Shown here: piece by piece, positions 28,308 through 41,312 of the stretch
How positions within the stretch are numbered: the first letter of the stretch is position 1
Layout of the letters: every line of letters begins with the position of its first letter
NCBI RefSeq assembly: GCF_006345805.1
Contig: NC_043000.1
Span: 145,762,001 to 145,826,000 of the forward strand
Reading direction: 5' to 3'
Length of the DNA stretch: 64,000 nucleotides
Origin: Octopus sinensis
Taxonomy: Eukaryota
Made by a program: the position numbers and the translations under genes
Notes under the pieces: model-generated
Told to the model about the DNA's origin: nothing
Seen by the model: the letters and a program-made list of their open reading frames with translations, nothing else
Databases searched by the model: none

Positions 28308-28405
28308 TCGAAAACTTTACCCAAAAATTTTCCGAAAATTTTCACCGAAAATTTTACCCAAAATTTTTCGAAAATTTTGACCTAAAACTTTACCCAAAAA
28401 TTTTC
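28308..28405. repeat. Short outlier of the AAAATTTT satellite
   Basis: Same units as 19348-21440. Confidence 0.9.
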
Positions 28406-29720
28406 CTTCCTTTTGCATTCGAAAACAGATTTGCCGATTCTGACGTATGGAGTATAGAATAAATTTTATTTTATTTTAGATATTTGCATTAAAAAAAAAT
28501 TAACACTACAATGTTTTCTATAAGCCAACTCTCGTAAGCATTTTATACCACGAATATATAACGACGACGACGACGTCACATTTTCTATATGAATGTGTAC
28601 CACAAAACACATCTACGTATCTTCCTTTTGCATTCGAAAACTGATTTGCCGATTTTGACGTATGGAGTATAGAATAAATTTTATTTTCTTTTAGATATTT
28701 GCATTAAAAGAAATTAACTCTATAATCTTTTCTATAAGCCAACTCTCGTAAGCATCTTATACCACGAATATATAACGATGACGATGACGTCACATTTTCT
28801 ATATGAATGTGTACCACAAAACACATCTATTTCTCTACTTCTTATGAGGAAATACAGTCACTTTCACACACACACACATGCACTCTCGCACGCACACATA
28901 TATACAAAAAGCATGTATTATATCTATTTATGTATATGTATATGAAATATGTGCGTGTGTGAGACAGAGAGACCGAATGAAGGCCACTTACACATATGTG
29001 ATAACACATGCATACACTCATTCACTGTATCTCTCCTCTCTCTCTATCTCTCTCTCTCTCGCTCACTATCTCTCTCTCTCTCTCTCTCTCTCTCACGCAC
29101 ATGCACACACACCCGTTTGATATACACTTACATACACCGTTCACTTTCACCTCCGTTTCACTTTCTGCTCTCTCCTCAAAGCAAATGTCACGTTTTCACT
29201 TTCTCTTCTCTTTCAATTTCTGCTTTCTGTAAAGCATATAGAAATTTTAAAAAATTACGGAAATGAACGAATACATTCGAAAATTGCGTTGCCGATTTTG
29301 ACGTATTAGGTATCAAAAGATTCAGTAATTTTTCGGCTAACAAATAAACGTTATTTTTCATTTAAACATTTGCATTACAAATATTTAACATTATAATCTT
29401 TCTATAATTCAACTATCCTAAATGACATTTTACAACACAACAACGACGACGTCTCATTTTCTACATGAGTGTTTACCTTAAAATGCATCCATTTCCCTAT
29501 CTCCATATGTTATGAGGAAATACAGACACTCACTTTCTCTCTCACATGCACACGCACACATACATACAAAAGTATGTATATATACATGTATTTATCTGCA
29601 TGTATGTGAAAGATAATGTGTGCGTGTGTGAGAGAGAGACAGAGAGATTGAATGCCACTTACACATACATGCAAAATATACACACATGACAACACACACC
29701 TTCACTCACTCACTCACTCA

Positions 29721-29759
<39 letters not shown>

Positions 29760-29880
29760 TCACATCTATTTCATATACACGTACATACAGCTTTCACTTT
29801 CTGCTCACACTTCAAAGCAAATGTCACCTTTTCACTTTCTCATCTCTTTCAATTTCTGCTTCCTTCAAAGCATAAAGAAG
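28406..29880. repeat. Nested tandem duplications (215 bp, little diverged; ~650 bp, older)
   Basis: 28406-28620 vs 28621-28830; anchors cattcgaaaa..ttgccgattttgacg (28631/29274), ttatgaggaaatacag (28841/29510) and caaagcaaatgtcac (29177/29813). Confidence 0.8.
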
Positions 29881-30169
29881 CAGAAATTAAGGAACAATCA
29901 AATGTGCCGCTGATTGACCATATGATCAAGTTGGCAACTTCCCTGCTTCAAACAAAAGAATGCATGAAATAACTTCCTTTGGCGCACACACACACACACA
30001 CAAACACGCACACAAACACACACATACAGACACAATAGGTAAAACGTCTGTATAAATTATATAATATTTTTTGCTATGTACATGCACAAATTTACAACTC
30101 AAATCCAATTGAAATCACCTTTTCTTTTCTGTTTGTGAAGAGTGTATTTAAAAAACTGATCTGCGATAT

Positions 30170-30900
30170 AAATTTAAAAGTTCTCCCAGAAATCCTGCCC
30201 TTTACCTGTTGTTCCTAGCCTGTCCAAGATAACATTTGCGCCCCCCCCCAACTTTATTCCTAAATTTCTTCCGGTTCCTATATTTTCAATGCTGGAGATT
30301 AGGATTTCGTCCCCAAAACATATTCTCAATATTTTAATTTTCTCCCTCCGCATCATAATTTTTTACTTTGTTCGAACTTTTTTCTTGGTAATCCACGGAG
30401 AAAAAAAAACTGAGCGTATGAATCTTCAACAGATTTAAGCGGGGTGGTTGAACACTGCCTTGCTTTTTCTTCTGTTGGGAACATCACCTACAAAGAGGCG
30501 AACTTCATTCCGCGTGTGATATATGTTATTTTTCCCACAATTGTTGAAGGCACTATATTCTTGTTTTTTTATACAGTAAAAAACACCGTGCTCCTCAGAG
30601 TGGTGTGCGTGACGTCTCCTGGTGGAATTACTTTCACATTGTTCCCCTGTCTCTGGAGGAGGCCATTGTACTTATGCAGTTCATTTTTTCCGATAGGCAC
30701 ATCTTTTGTTACTCTAGAAACTGCAGCAAAGTTTTAACTTTTGTTAATCCTTTTTGCTTCCTTGTTCGATTCTTAGTTTCCAGGGTTCATTCCTTTTTTT
30801 CAACAGGGCGTCAGTAGTTTCTTCTTCATCAGAAGAGCGTAAACTTTTTTAAAAAGTAGCCAGCTTTAAAGGGTTCCACTTTCAAGTAAGCGCAGCAGAA
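30170..30900 (-). pseudogene. Older, diverged ORF1 homolog of the 22.9-24.7 kb element
   Basis: Minus-strand translation ...GKITYITRGMKFASL*VMFPTEEKARQCSTTPLKS aligns by eye with NVITFRARGRKYATVDVRFTSEDEAVRHATEAIHS. Confidence 0.55.
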
Positions 30901-30930
30901 GAAAACCGAAAGATGTGTATATATATATAT

Positions 30931-31265
30931 ATCTATAAGACTGCCATATTAATGTATATTTGACACACAAACTGTGTCCATTATAACCTTCGAACAAGGG
31001 AGGTCAGCCGCTTCACACTGCCAGTCAGACAGCTACAGACGCGTTTCAGGGTATTTGCCCTTTGTCAATGTAGCGTAATCGACCCAGCAGGTGTCGCTAC
31101 TGATCGTCTCTGTTCGAAGGTTTTATTTACCTAATTTCGGTGGAATACATCCACTTGTTTTCAATAATAGAAATATTAAAATTACTAAATCTCTCTAAAA
31201 GAGATTACGGCAGCGTTACTGGAAATCAATTGTTATCGCCATATTAATATGGCAGTCTTATAGAT
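30931..31265 (-). mobile_element. 335 bp HHR-bearing element with inverted termini, within (TA)n
   Basis: Termini atctataagactgccatattaat / attaatatggcagtcttatagat; internal stem aaccttcgaaca/tgttcgaaggtt encloses the HHR. Confidence 0.75.
31032..31074 (-). ncRNA. Decayed minimal type I hammerhead ribozyme
   Basis: Minus strand: gctaca-TTGACAA-aggg caaata ccct-GAAA-cgcg-TC-tgtagc; 6-bp stem I, palindromic stem III, GUC site; core has two transitions from CTGACGA. Confidence 0.7.
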
Positions 31266-31603
31266 ATATATATGTATGTATGTATATATACTTTATAATT
31301 AGGGTTCAGCAAAAATTTGCTTTACCACATACCGAAGTTTAGAACTAGCAGCCCAAAAACCTTAGCTATTTCTTCTACTTTAAAAAGGGACTCCCAGAAA
31401 AAAACCAAAATACTTGAAACACACACACACACACATACACACACACATATATATATATATATATGCATGTATGTACATTTATTGTATCCTTTTGACATAT
31501 TGTGATAAATGTGTGAGCATATCTATATATATAATGAGGATGATGATGATGATGATGATACCGCGTACACCAAATGGGAATCTCTACATGTCACACCTTC
31601 TGT

Positions 31604-31692
31604 ATTCTTAAGTAACGAGGAAATGGATTTGCTATTAATCTTCGTACAAAATAAAGATTAATACAAAATCCATCTTCTCATTACTTAAGAAT
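31604..31692. repeat. ~89 bp imperfect palindrome
   Basis: attcttaagtaacgaggaaatggatttgctattaatctt / aagattaatacaaaatccatcttctcattacttaagaat. Confidence 0.85.
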
Positions 31693-32499
31693 TGTTAATT
31701 ACCATCCTAACACTGCGGAATTCCTGAAGTAGATCCAACGGAAATATACTCCGACTGTGGGGTAGCCCCAAAGTGTGCCGGTGCTATTCTCACTAATCTA
31801 CATTTACCCATTAGTCCAAATATATTAAAGAGATATATTTATGTGTATGTGTTTCCATGTATGTGTGTATGTATGTATGCATGCATAACGTAATGTTTAT
31901 AACAACATTAATGCCACATTCTAAGCTAAAGAATATATATTTATGATAATTATAAGTAGTTCTCTGAACTATTAGCAATATATGTCTTCTTTTAAAGCAG
32001 CAGATGGTAAGATACGAAGCGATTAGAGGAATGAATTTCACTTACTACGTGAATGATATTTAGTGTATGTTTATAATATTAACACAAAGGCGAAGTAGCA
32101 GATGGGTTTACGAATTATATATTCAATCCATTTGATAACACACAAAGTATTTATTTCTAGGTTTGGTGAAGTTTGCTATTAACATATCCAAGATATAGCA
32201 GCTGTCGTGATATTACTATTCCTTACCCCAGTAACAAATGTTTCAACACGTGTTGAAACATCTGAACACCGTGCATTTTTAATATGCGCTAGCTAAAAAT
32301 TGATTTAGTTTGAGAATAAAATTCCCTGCCTGATTGCATCACGTTGCTTTTACTCTTATCTTTTGGGAATACGATATACATATTTCTTGTGTAGATAATT
32401 TGCGCATGATTATTTTTAATAACTCAGTCTATTATAATATACACAACCGTTTCGGAAATTCTTTCATGTAAAAGAGATGGTATGCAAAAGAAAACAGAA

Positions 32500-32720
32500 T
32501 TTTTCAATGTTTTATTCCCTTTGTTCTACATGATTATACTTTTATCGCCTTCAAAGTATAATCCATCTGAAGCAACGCATCGGTCTAGACGCGTTTTCCA
32601 CTGTTGGAACTCTTACAAAGTGATACCTTTTAATGCCTTTGTTGGTATTTTTTCTTCTTCACAAACTCCACATCTACAATTCCGTAGCACCAGCTTTCGA
32701 CACAAGTGATGACCGTTCAA
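32500..32720 (-). mobile_element. Mariner transposase C-terminal fragment
   Basis: Minus-strand translation FQQWKTRLDRCVASDGLYFEGDK. Confidence 0.75.
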
Positions 32721-33360
32721 AAGAGATCCGCATCAACTTCTATGTATATAGTCACACAAATCCATATACATAGACACACTCAAACACGCACACTCAGTGT
32801 GACAGAGGTGCACACACGCACACACATACACACACGCACACACACATATATATATATATGTATGTATATATGTATGTATAACTGTAGATTTATTGTATCC
32901 TTTTGACATATTGTGATAAATGTGTCTGTATATGTATATATATATATATATATATAATGATGATGATGGTGATGCACACACACACATGAATATGCAGAAT
33001 ACATACATACATACAAACATACACACATGCATATATATATAAATACAAACATTTATATGTATATATATATATAAATACATGCATAAATACAAACATACAT
33101 ATTTATTTACATATGCAAGCTGACGCACACACACAGCGCACAAACAAGAAGATAAGGGACAGAGTCAACAACTATTGAAAAGGTTGCTAGAACCAACGAA
33201 AATTTAAGGGGAAATATAAATAAATAAAAAAGTAAATGACTGTATTTTGGGGGAAATCAACTATCTTCGACCAAATTTACTGTACGATCACTCCATTCCG
33301 TCCAACTGAGTCCTAAAGTAGGAATGGCTATTGCAGTCAATACAAGATGTCGTACTTGGA

Positions 33361-33950
33361 GTACCTTACCTTACCTTACTTCTTCCCAGGAGAATAGGTT
33401 CCTTTAACCTGTATTGCTAAAATAACGGAACACTGAGTAATTAATATCTGGCTAGTCGGATTTCGTTTCGAGATAATAAGGTTCCGATCTTTTGATTAAG
33501 TGACATTTCGTTCATGGCCACATTCTTACGAGTGGTCTGTGTCATCCGTATTTTTTGGATTGATATTGTTATTACTGTTATTTCGTCCATGGAGAACCAG
33601 CGTTCTATTTATTGTTATCAGACAGTGTCCTATAAGGCATTCCAGTTTCCATTTTCTCTTACTTCAGGGCAATTACACGCAGACCAAGGTTATTGTGCGT
33701 ATTAGAACAATGCTCTTCTCAAATCTCAGTTTCCTGGTGAAATTTCCTACCAGTCTCATGGCCAGCAAATCTATGTGGGTTATCATGAAATTAGCTTCTG
33801 CAGCTAACATGGGACAAAGCATCAATGCATTTTCAATAAGCTGGTTCTTCACATTCGAGCGTTACGTTTTGTTCTTTGCTTCCTTAATAATCTGGCTGAT
33901 TATTTCGTACACAGTATAACCAAAGAACTTTGGGTTTCCTCCTCTTAAGA
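33361..33950 (-). mobile_element. Possible old RTE-type LINE 3' remnant
   Basis: Minus strand ends ...cctattctcctgggaagaa(gtaag)3, like RTE short-repeat tails; protein similarity weak. Confidence 0.3.
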
Positions 33951-33991
33951 TGCTACTGAAGAGTAAATTTGCGGTTAATTCTTGGCTGTTG

Positions 33992-34185
33992 TAAGGCGTT
34001 GACCTGGCTGAATTGTTACTACACCGGTCAAAATACTTAACGGCATTTCGTCCGCTTTTACAGATGTCGACTGAGCCTCTTATCCTTCCACGCTCGATAA
34101 AGTAAGAACCAATTGCACAATTGGGCAATGGAATTGACTCACCCGCTCCTCGAACTTGATGGCCTTGTACTAAAATTTGAAATCA
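33992..34185 (+). mobile_element. Old SINE, family B (degenerate)
   Basis: aaggcgttgacctggc...aaatacttaacggcatttcgtcc...gataaagtaagaacc...aaaatttgaaatc; similar relics near 37655-37850, 51950-52165 and 61690-61930. Confidence 0.6.
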
Positions 34186-34526
34186 ATAGTTGGCAATTGT
34201 GGCCAGAATATATTATCGTCAGCATCTCTCCTAACTGGTTTAATTCTTGATGACCTATGTACATTGAGGACAAAAATCACTCCCCGCACATGATTCTCCC
34301 GCCAGTATTACTCATTATTTTTACAGAGTGTACGAAACTGTATCAGCAGCCACTTCTGTAACAGTGGGCAGGCTTTTGTAGTGAAGTAAATTTGTTACGT
34401 AGTAATTCCTGTCCAGACTTTTGCATTCACTGCCATTTTCCCCTCGCAAATTAAGTCTGCTATGTGGAAGGACGTGTGTAACATGAGCGTCACTAGTTGG
34501 AATGACAACCTCGCAATATAATACCT

Positions 34527-34688
34527 ATTTCTTTACTACCCACAAGGGGCTAAACACAGAGGGGACAAACAAGGACAGACAAAGGGATTAAGTCGATTAC
34601 ATCGACCCCAGTGCGTAACTGGTACTTAATTTATCGACCCCGAAAGGATGAAAGGCAAAGTCGACCTCGGCGGAATTTGAACTCAGAA
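34527..34688 (-). mobile_element. 5'-truncated SINE (family B-related) with a 13-bp TSD
   Basis: caatataatacct at 34514-34526 and 34689-34701 flanks gttctgagttcaaattccgccgaggtcgactttgcctttcatcc... (minus strand). Confidence 0.9.
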
Positions 34689-34825
34689 CAATATAATACC
34701 TGTATCGGGTAAGCATACACTGCTGCCTCTTTGCCTTCCTTAGAAAAAGTCACTTCTCTGTTTCTAGCTTTCCGTGGTTAGCAGTGTAACCGAAGGGAGT
34801 ATTAAAAAGATCCTCATATGCATAC

Positions 34826-34865
<40 letters not shown>

Positions 34866-35915
34866 CTCTCTCTCACCCTTATTATTTCTATCTCCCCCCT
34901 CTCTCTCTTTCTCTCACCTTCTCTGTTATAATTTCTAGATGTTTCTGGCTTGCCCGCAAAGCTACCGAAGATTTTTCCACACCTCTAATATCAGGTAAGT
35001 TAAGCACGTTTTACTTTCATCCCGTGATTTCCCTCCACTTTTCATCAATCGTAGTTCTTACTTTAGTTCTGTGATCTGGTGCCTTGCCTGGATCATGTGC
35101 CTTGCCGGGCATAAAACCTAATGTGGATTTATCGTCCTGGTTGTATCTCTGTTTTTATATTACCCAATATCACAACCAAATCCTCATCCATTTACGTCCA
35201 TTTTGATTAGCTGGAGGTGGCAAGTTCAAGCGTAATTTCCTCCCTAAATCCTTCTAAGTTTCAGGAAATTACTGAACATTCTAGTTTATTCCCTGGCCCC
35301 AGTTCCTCAGTATATAAAGGCCAATTATTTTTATCGTTACTAAAATATTCATAAAACGTTGCTTTCGCTGCGTATTTGTACGAGTAAATGCGTTTCCCAG
35401 GAAAGGTTTAATTTTACCAAATATACGCGATGTATTCTTTAAATTACACTTCACCACCTAAGCTTTTCAGACTAATACCACTTTGGAGTGTGCATGTATT
35501 ATTTATTTATTTATTTATACGATAGAATTTTATTTAATTTTGCTTGTTGGGTAGAGTTGCTAGACGTTAACTCATTTCATATTCAAAGGTTTTTATTTTG
35601 TTTTTACTCTCATACAATCCATTAAAGTTTAAAGCTACACCATCAATTTTCAGTTATTTTCATGCTTGAATGCATCAAATATTTCAAAGGCTAGGAAGCA
35701 ATAACAATACCTGTGAGATTCTTTTTTTTTTTTTTGTTATATATATATAATATTCTATTTCGATTCTTTCATGGTCGCTTTCATACGTTTTTCTTTTAAC
35801 TTTTTATTCTACACTGTTGTCATTTCATTGTTTTTTTTTTTTTCAGATTTTCCTTCTTGTCCGTTAAGTTTATAGAGTTTTGCTCTGCCTTAAACAATAT
35901 ATATAAAAACATACA

Positions 35916-35958
<43 letters not shown>

Positions 35959-35982
35959 TATATATAATTATATATATATATA

Positions 35983-36014
<32 letters not shown>

Positions 36015-36067
36015 ATGCATGTATGTATGTATGTACATATGAATATATATATATACATAAACACATG

Positions 36068-36125
<58 letters not shown>

Positions 36126-38429
36126 TATATACATACATATATATATGTGTGTGTACTAAGCTGTATATTATTACGTATATGTATAAAGGACACTAAAAAT
36201 GTATGTATGGCTGAATGCATGTAATTTGCCTCAAATTTCTCACAACATTAATATTTATTTATGCTCCAGAATTACTATCCTTGTGAGACCGAACAGGGGG
36301 ATACAAATATTTTTGTTTTGTTTTTAATGTAACCTTTTCCCTTTAAGTGTCTTTTTTAAATATCGTATTTCATGTTTTTAAACAGTTTAGTTATTCAGTT
36401 ATTCATATATTCAGATTTTTTTTAAGCAATGCTCGCTGGATTCTCTTTATTACGTTACGTTTAAGGGTTATATATTTACGCAAATAACAACCTATAATTT
36501 TCCTATTTTCATGGTCATCATTGGGAATATGATGCTGACAGTAACGACGACTCACAGCGGCGATAATGATGAAGATGATAAGGATAAAGATAAGGGCAAA
36601 GATGGTAAGGACGATGATTGTGGTGATAATAAGCTGCTTTTAGAAGCAAGTTCAGAAAGGATTGTGACTGGGTAGAAAGTGTGCTGGTATAGAATTGAAT
36701 TAGAATTGCGTTGATTGAATTTGAATTGTATTGCGCAAAATGTGTTTCCTGACTAGTATACATGCAAGATAGATTATTTGTGAAGTTTTTTACAGTATGT
36801 ATGTTTTAGTTTTTTTTTTTTTTGTTGTTTTAACGTTCAGTGTACCAAATGTTATCGGCTTCGTGTTTAGTCTCACCACATCAAATGCGGCCTCATTACA
36901 TTTGGAAGTTGTTTTACTTCATTAGTTTTCGTTATTTTGTTCGGAAGGTATCAGCACATTTATCAGAGCGCACATCTTTTCGATTTTCTATTTGACAACG
37001 ATATCTGTTGAGCTGACTTTAATGTGCTTGTCACTAGATCAGCATGTGTGATTTTGTCGTAACCATACAAATGTAACATGTCGCATTTGATGCAGGCTTA
37101 TACTGTTTATTGTCAGTTTTGATATGGAATTCGCAGCATATTGCACAATTTATAGTAATACTTACCACTTGATCTTTCTGAATATATTCAGACGAAATGA
37201 CGTTGTTGGCTGCTGAGTCGATGGTATAGTCTACTGAATTTGATGGAAACATTTTCCTTTATTAATTTAGCTTTCTATTTGTTTTTATGGATCGATTTTT
37301 ATCTTGTCTAAATAAAATCAAACGTTCTGTGCATGCATGCAATCTTTTATATTAGCTGGAATTTCCAATCTAACAGAACGGCATACTTACTATAGAGGAG
37401 AATATATCTCTTTTTCTCGAATTGCTTCTTCTAGTGTTTTGGAATTTGAACTATTTTATGTATGCATGTATCTTTTACATTTAATTCATAGTCTGTTATA
37501 AAAAAATATGCTCGAATTTATTTCCTGTTCTCCTTTTGTTGCGGTAATCTATATAGCATTTTCTTCCAATGTTCTACTGTTCAGATAATATATAGACTCA
37601 TATTAATTTACATTTTAATTAAAGTAAATTAATAAACACTATTATCTTACTAAAATTCAGTGAGCTGGCTGAAACATCACAACGTGGAGCAAATGCATAG
37701 CAACATTTCGGCTCTTTACTTTCTATGTACAAATTCCGCGGAAGTGAATTTTGCTCAAACATTCGGTGTCATTAAAATATGCACCAGTTATGTAATAGGC
37801 TATCTCCCGCTCATCGACATTGCATGCCTAATGCCAAAGTTTAGAATTATTTTCTAAATACTAATAGTAGTAATTATGACAGTCAAAGAATCGCCTAACA
37901 GTTCTGTCAATGCATTCCGGCTGCGTTGTAATTTCAAATGCTGTCAATTTCAACATGACCGTTCACAATTTGGGTCCAACATTAAAATATCACCCAGTAG
38001 TGAAGTCGATTTCTCAGTTTCTCTGTTTTGCATCTGTCTCCCTTTTTCAAGATTGAAATCAGAATCAAGTGTCCAGTAAGTTACGACAACGGCACTGCTT
38101 GTATGTGGATCACATTACTGCTAAACGTAATTTTCAGGAGCACGCCTTAATTTTACCAGGCAACGGTATACTGGCCTTAGAGAAAAAGAATAAAAAAATC
38201 GACATCAAAGAAGGGAGACTGGTGGAATTGCAACCATGATGGTCTGAATATATTACATTATTTGTTACATATTAGAGATTTTTTCTATTTCACTGCGACT
38301 TTTCAATTTCTTCAATTCCTGTTCAATTGATTTCATATTAGGTGTAATTATGTAACTTTGTATGGTAATCATTGATATGCAATTCATTTTCACCATATAT
38401 CAAATAAATATAAATTCAACAGCAGGAGT

Positions 38430-38853
38430 GGAGCAGGAGTGGCTGTGTGGTAAGTAGCTTGCTAACCAACCATATGGTTCCGAGCTCAGTCCCACTGCGT
38501 GGCATCTTGGGCAAGTGTCTTCTGCTATAGCCCCGGGCCGACCAATGCCTTGTGAGTGGATTTGGTAGACGGAAACTGAAAGAAGCCTGTCGTATATATG
38601 TATATATGTATATATATATATATGTATGTGTGAGTGTTTGTGTGTCTGTGTTTGTTCCCCTAGCATTGCTTGATAACCGATGCTGGTGTGTTTACGTTCC
38701 CGTCACTTAGCGGATCGGCAAAAAGAGACCGATAGAATAAGTACTGGGCTTACAAAAAAGAATAAGTCCCGGGGTCGAGTTGCTCGACTAAAGGCGGTGC
38801 TCCAGCATGGCCGCAGTCAAATGACTGAAACAAGTAAAGAGTAAAAGAGTAAA
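38430..38853 (+). mobile_element. tRNA-derived SINE, family A
   Basis: Full-length match to the other family A copies; (aaagagt)n tail. Confidence 0.92.
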
Positions 38854-39519
38854 GTTTTCAAATTTTGGGTAATTTTAGCTAATCGTAAGCCACAGACACA
38901 TTCATGCCTGTTTCCATGACAACAAGCACAGCTGTTACCAAACTGCTTACTTACGCTGTCGTTTTTCGCTTAAGTTCCGCACCATTTTTGAGGGTGTGTG
39001 AACAATCGCATGAATTACTGTACGTAGAATACAAATTTGCTAACAGTCTATGAAAATTCTAAAATAAAATAAAAGTTATGAGGGGTTATATAGCGTGAGT
39101 AAAATAGAATTTTGGCAACATTTCATTTGTCTACAGGTGACACAACGTGTTGTCACGTACGAAATGACAGCTTCCAAATCCTTTCAACCTGGGTAAAAAT
39201 GACCAAATTTAAACCACTGTACTTTTTTTTTCTTATTCTTAATTTTCTGGGAAAACTAAATATACCCCGAGATTCAACTTGGAAAATTACATCAATACAC
39301 CGAATTTTAAAATTTTCACTAAATTTTCTAATTGCAAAACTCTGATAATGATCCCATATTACATTATATTGTGACCTTTAGCTTGATTTTGGGGGTTTTC
39401 AAGTCATACAAAGATTAAATTTGCTTTTCATTCTTTCGGGTTTTACAACACAGTGTACCAAACATATATTAGTGTTGATGTGACAACGTCAGAAATCATT
39501 ACTATCATCGTAAGTGGCA

Positions 39520-39527
39520 ACAGCAGA

Positions 39528-39601
<74 letters not shown>

Positions 39602-39681
39602 TGGTAGTGGTAGTAGTGGTAGTGGTAGTGGTAGTAGTGGTAGTGGTAGTGGTAGTAGTGGTAGTGGTAGTAGTAGTAGTA

Positions 39682-39717
<36 letters not shown>

Positions 39718-39740
39718 TGGTAGTGGTAGTAGTAGTAGTG

Positions 39741-39783
<43 letters not shown>

Positions 39784-39786
39784 CAG
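39520..39786. repeat. (AGC)n/(AGT)n/(GGTAGT)n compound microsatellite
   Basis: Seen directly in sequence. Confidence 0.95.
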
Positions 39787-40099
39787 TGAATTTTTGGTGT
39801 AGCATAATTATAAATAATTTTCTCATGAGGAAATGCAGAGAATGGCTTCCTTACCGGTTCAAATATTTTCCATGCGTATTTGAACATATAACAAGTTTGT
39901 GTTTAACATCACTGCGTAACGCTTCTGCTCTGCATGTATAAATTAATAGCATACAAATGGCGTCTAAGGTAGCTACAGCTCTTTCGATACTGTTTACGAC
40001 TACACTGAACAGCTATTAGTAATTTGGACGCCATTTTGTGTTACTATACTTACATACGGGCATACATACCTACAAATATACATACATAAAATAAATGAT

Positions 40100-40853
40100 A
40101 AATGCACCCTTTTAAAGTCTAGCCAGGCTCATGAGCCCGGTTTCCCAGGTTTCAATGGCGTATGTGTTCCCCAGCTGGACGGGACGGCAGTCCATCGCAG
40201 CGTTACTCATTTTTGTCAGCTGAGTGAACTGGAGCAACGTCAAATGAAGTGTTTTGCTGAAGAGCACAACGCGTCGCCCGGTCCAGGAATCGAAACCACA
40301 ATCTTACGGTCATGAAGCTGACACCCTCACCACTAAGCCACGCGCCTCCACTAAATGTTCCCTTTTAAAGCCTAGCCAGGCTCATGGACCCGGTTTCCCG
40401 GTTTTAATGGCGTATGTGTTCCCCAGCCGGTCGGGACGCCAGTCCATCGCAGCGTTACTCATTTTTGCCAGCTGAGTGGACTGGAGCAACGTGAAATTAA
40501 GTGTTTTGCTCAAGAATACAATGCGTCGCCCGGTCCAGGAATCGAAACCACAATCTTACGATCATGAAGCTGACACACTAACCACTAAGACACGCGCCTC
40601 CACTAAATGTGCCCTTTTAAAGCCTAGCAAGACTCATGGACCCGGTTTCCCGGTTTTAATGGCGTATGTGTTCCTTGGCTGGACGGGACGCCAGTCCATC
40701 GCAGCGTTACTCGTTTTTGTCAGCTGAGTGGACTGGAGCAACGTGAAATGAAGTGTTTTGCTCAAGAATACAACGCGTCGCCCAGTCCAGGAATCGAAAC
40801 CACAATCTTACGATCACGATACTGACACACTAACCACTAAGCCACGCGCCTCC
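40100..40853 (-). mobile_element. Head-to-tail trimer of a ~250 bp tRNA-derived SINE
   Basis: Units at 40100, 40353 and 40605, each starting (minus strand) ggaggcgcgtggcttagtgg...ggtttcgattcc (A and B boxes). Confidence 0.92.
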
Positions 40854-40914
40854 GCACATACAAACATACATGCATATCTATTAGCTGCTTTCTTGTATAA
40901 GAGAAAAGCCATTG

Positions 40915-41312
40915 CTAGAAAGAATCATTGAAATGAATCAATGTTGATGTGAGCCCCGTGTATGAGCCCCTTGTATGACTCTTGAACCCGACGAAAGCTT
41001 TGCCCATTCTATTATATAAAGCACAGCCGTGCTGGCTGGCAGAAGAAACAAGTGCTACAGTATGAACTCTTTTGACATGCCTTTTCATTCCTCCAACTGA
41101 GAGGCACACCTTTCTACATGTTGCACATATTCTGTTGTGAACAATAGCCATGTCACTACTTACCATGAGTCGATTTCTGTGAGTTCTTTGGTGGCTGACC
41201 AGTCCCGCACGACTCAAGCACCTGCTCGCACAAACCACACACACAAAAAGCAACACTCCCTCATTCTCGACAGGTTCACTCTTTCTACGCTTTCTCCTAA
41301 TATTCTCCTGCT
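40915..41312 (-). mobile_element. Probable RTE-clade LINE C-terminal fragment with C2H2-like motifs
   Basis: KRRK...FVCVVCASRCLSRAGLVSHQRTH resembles the CxxC...SRIGLxSH end of RTE ORFs; two further decayed fingers follow. Confidence 0.6.

Noticed and set aside
39443-39941. Poly-Ser/Gly/Val and poly-Thr ORFs
   Set aside because: Trinucleotide microsatellite read-through.
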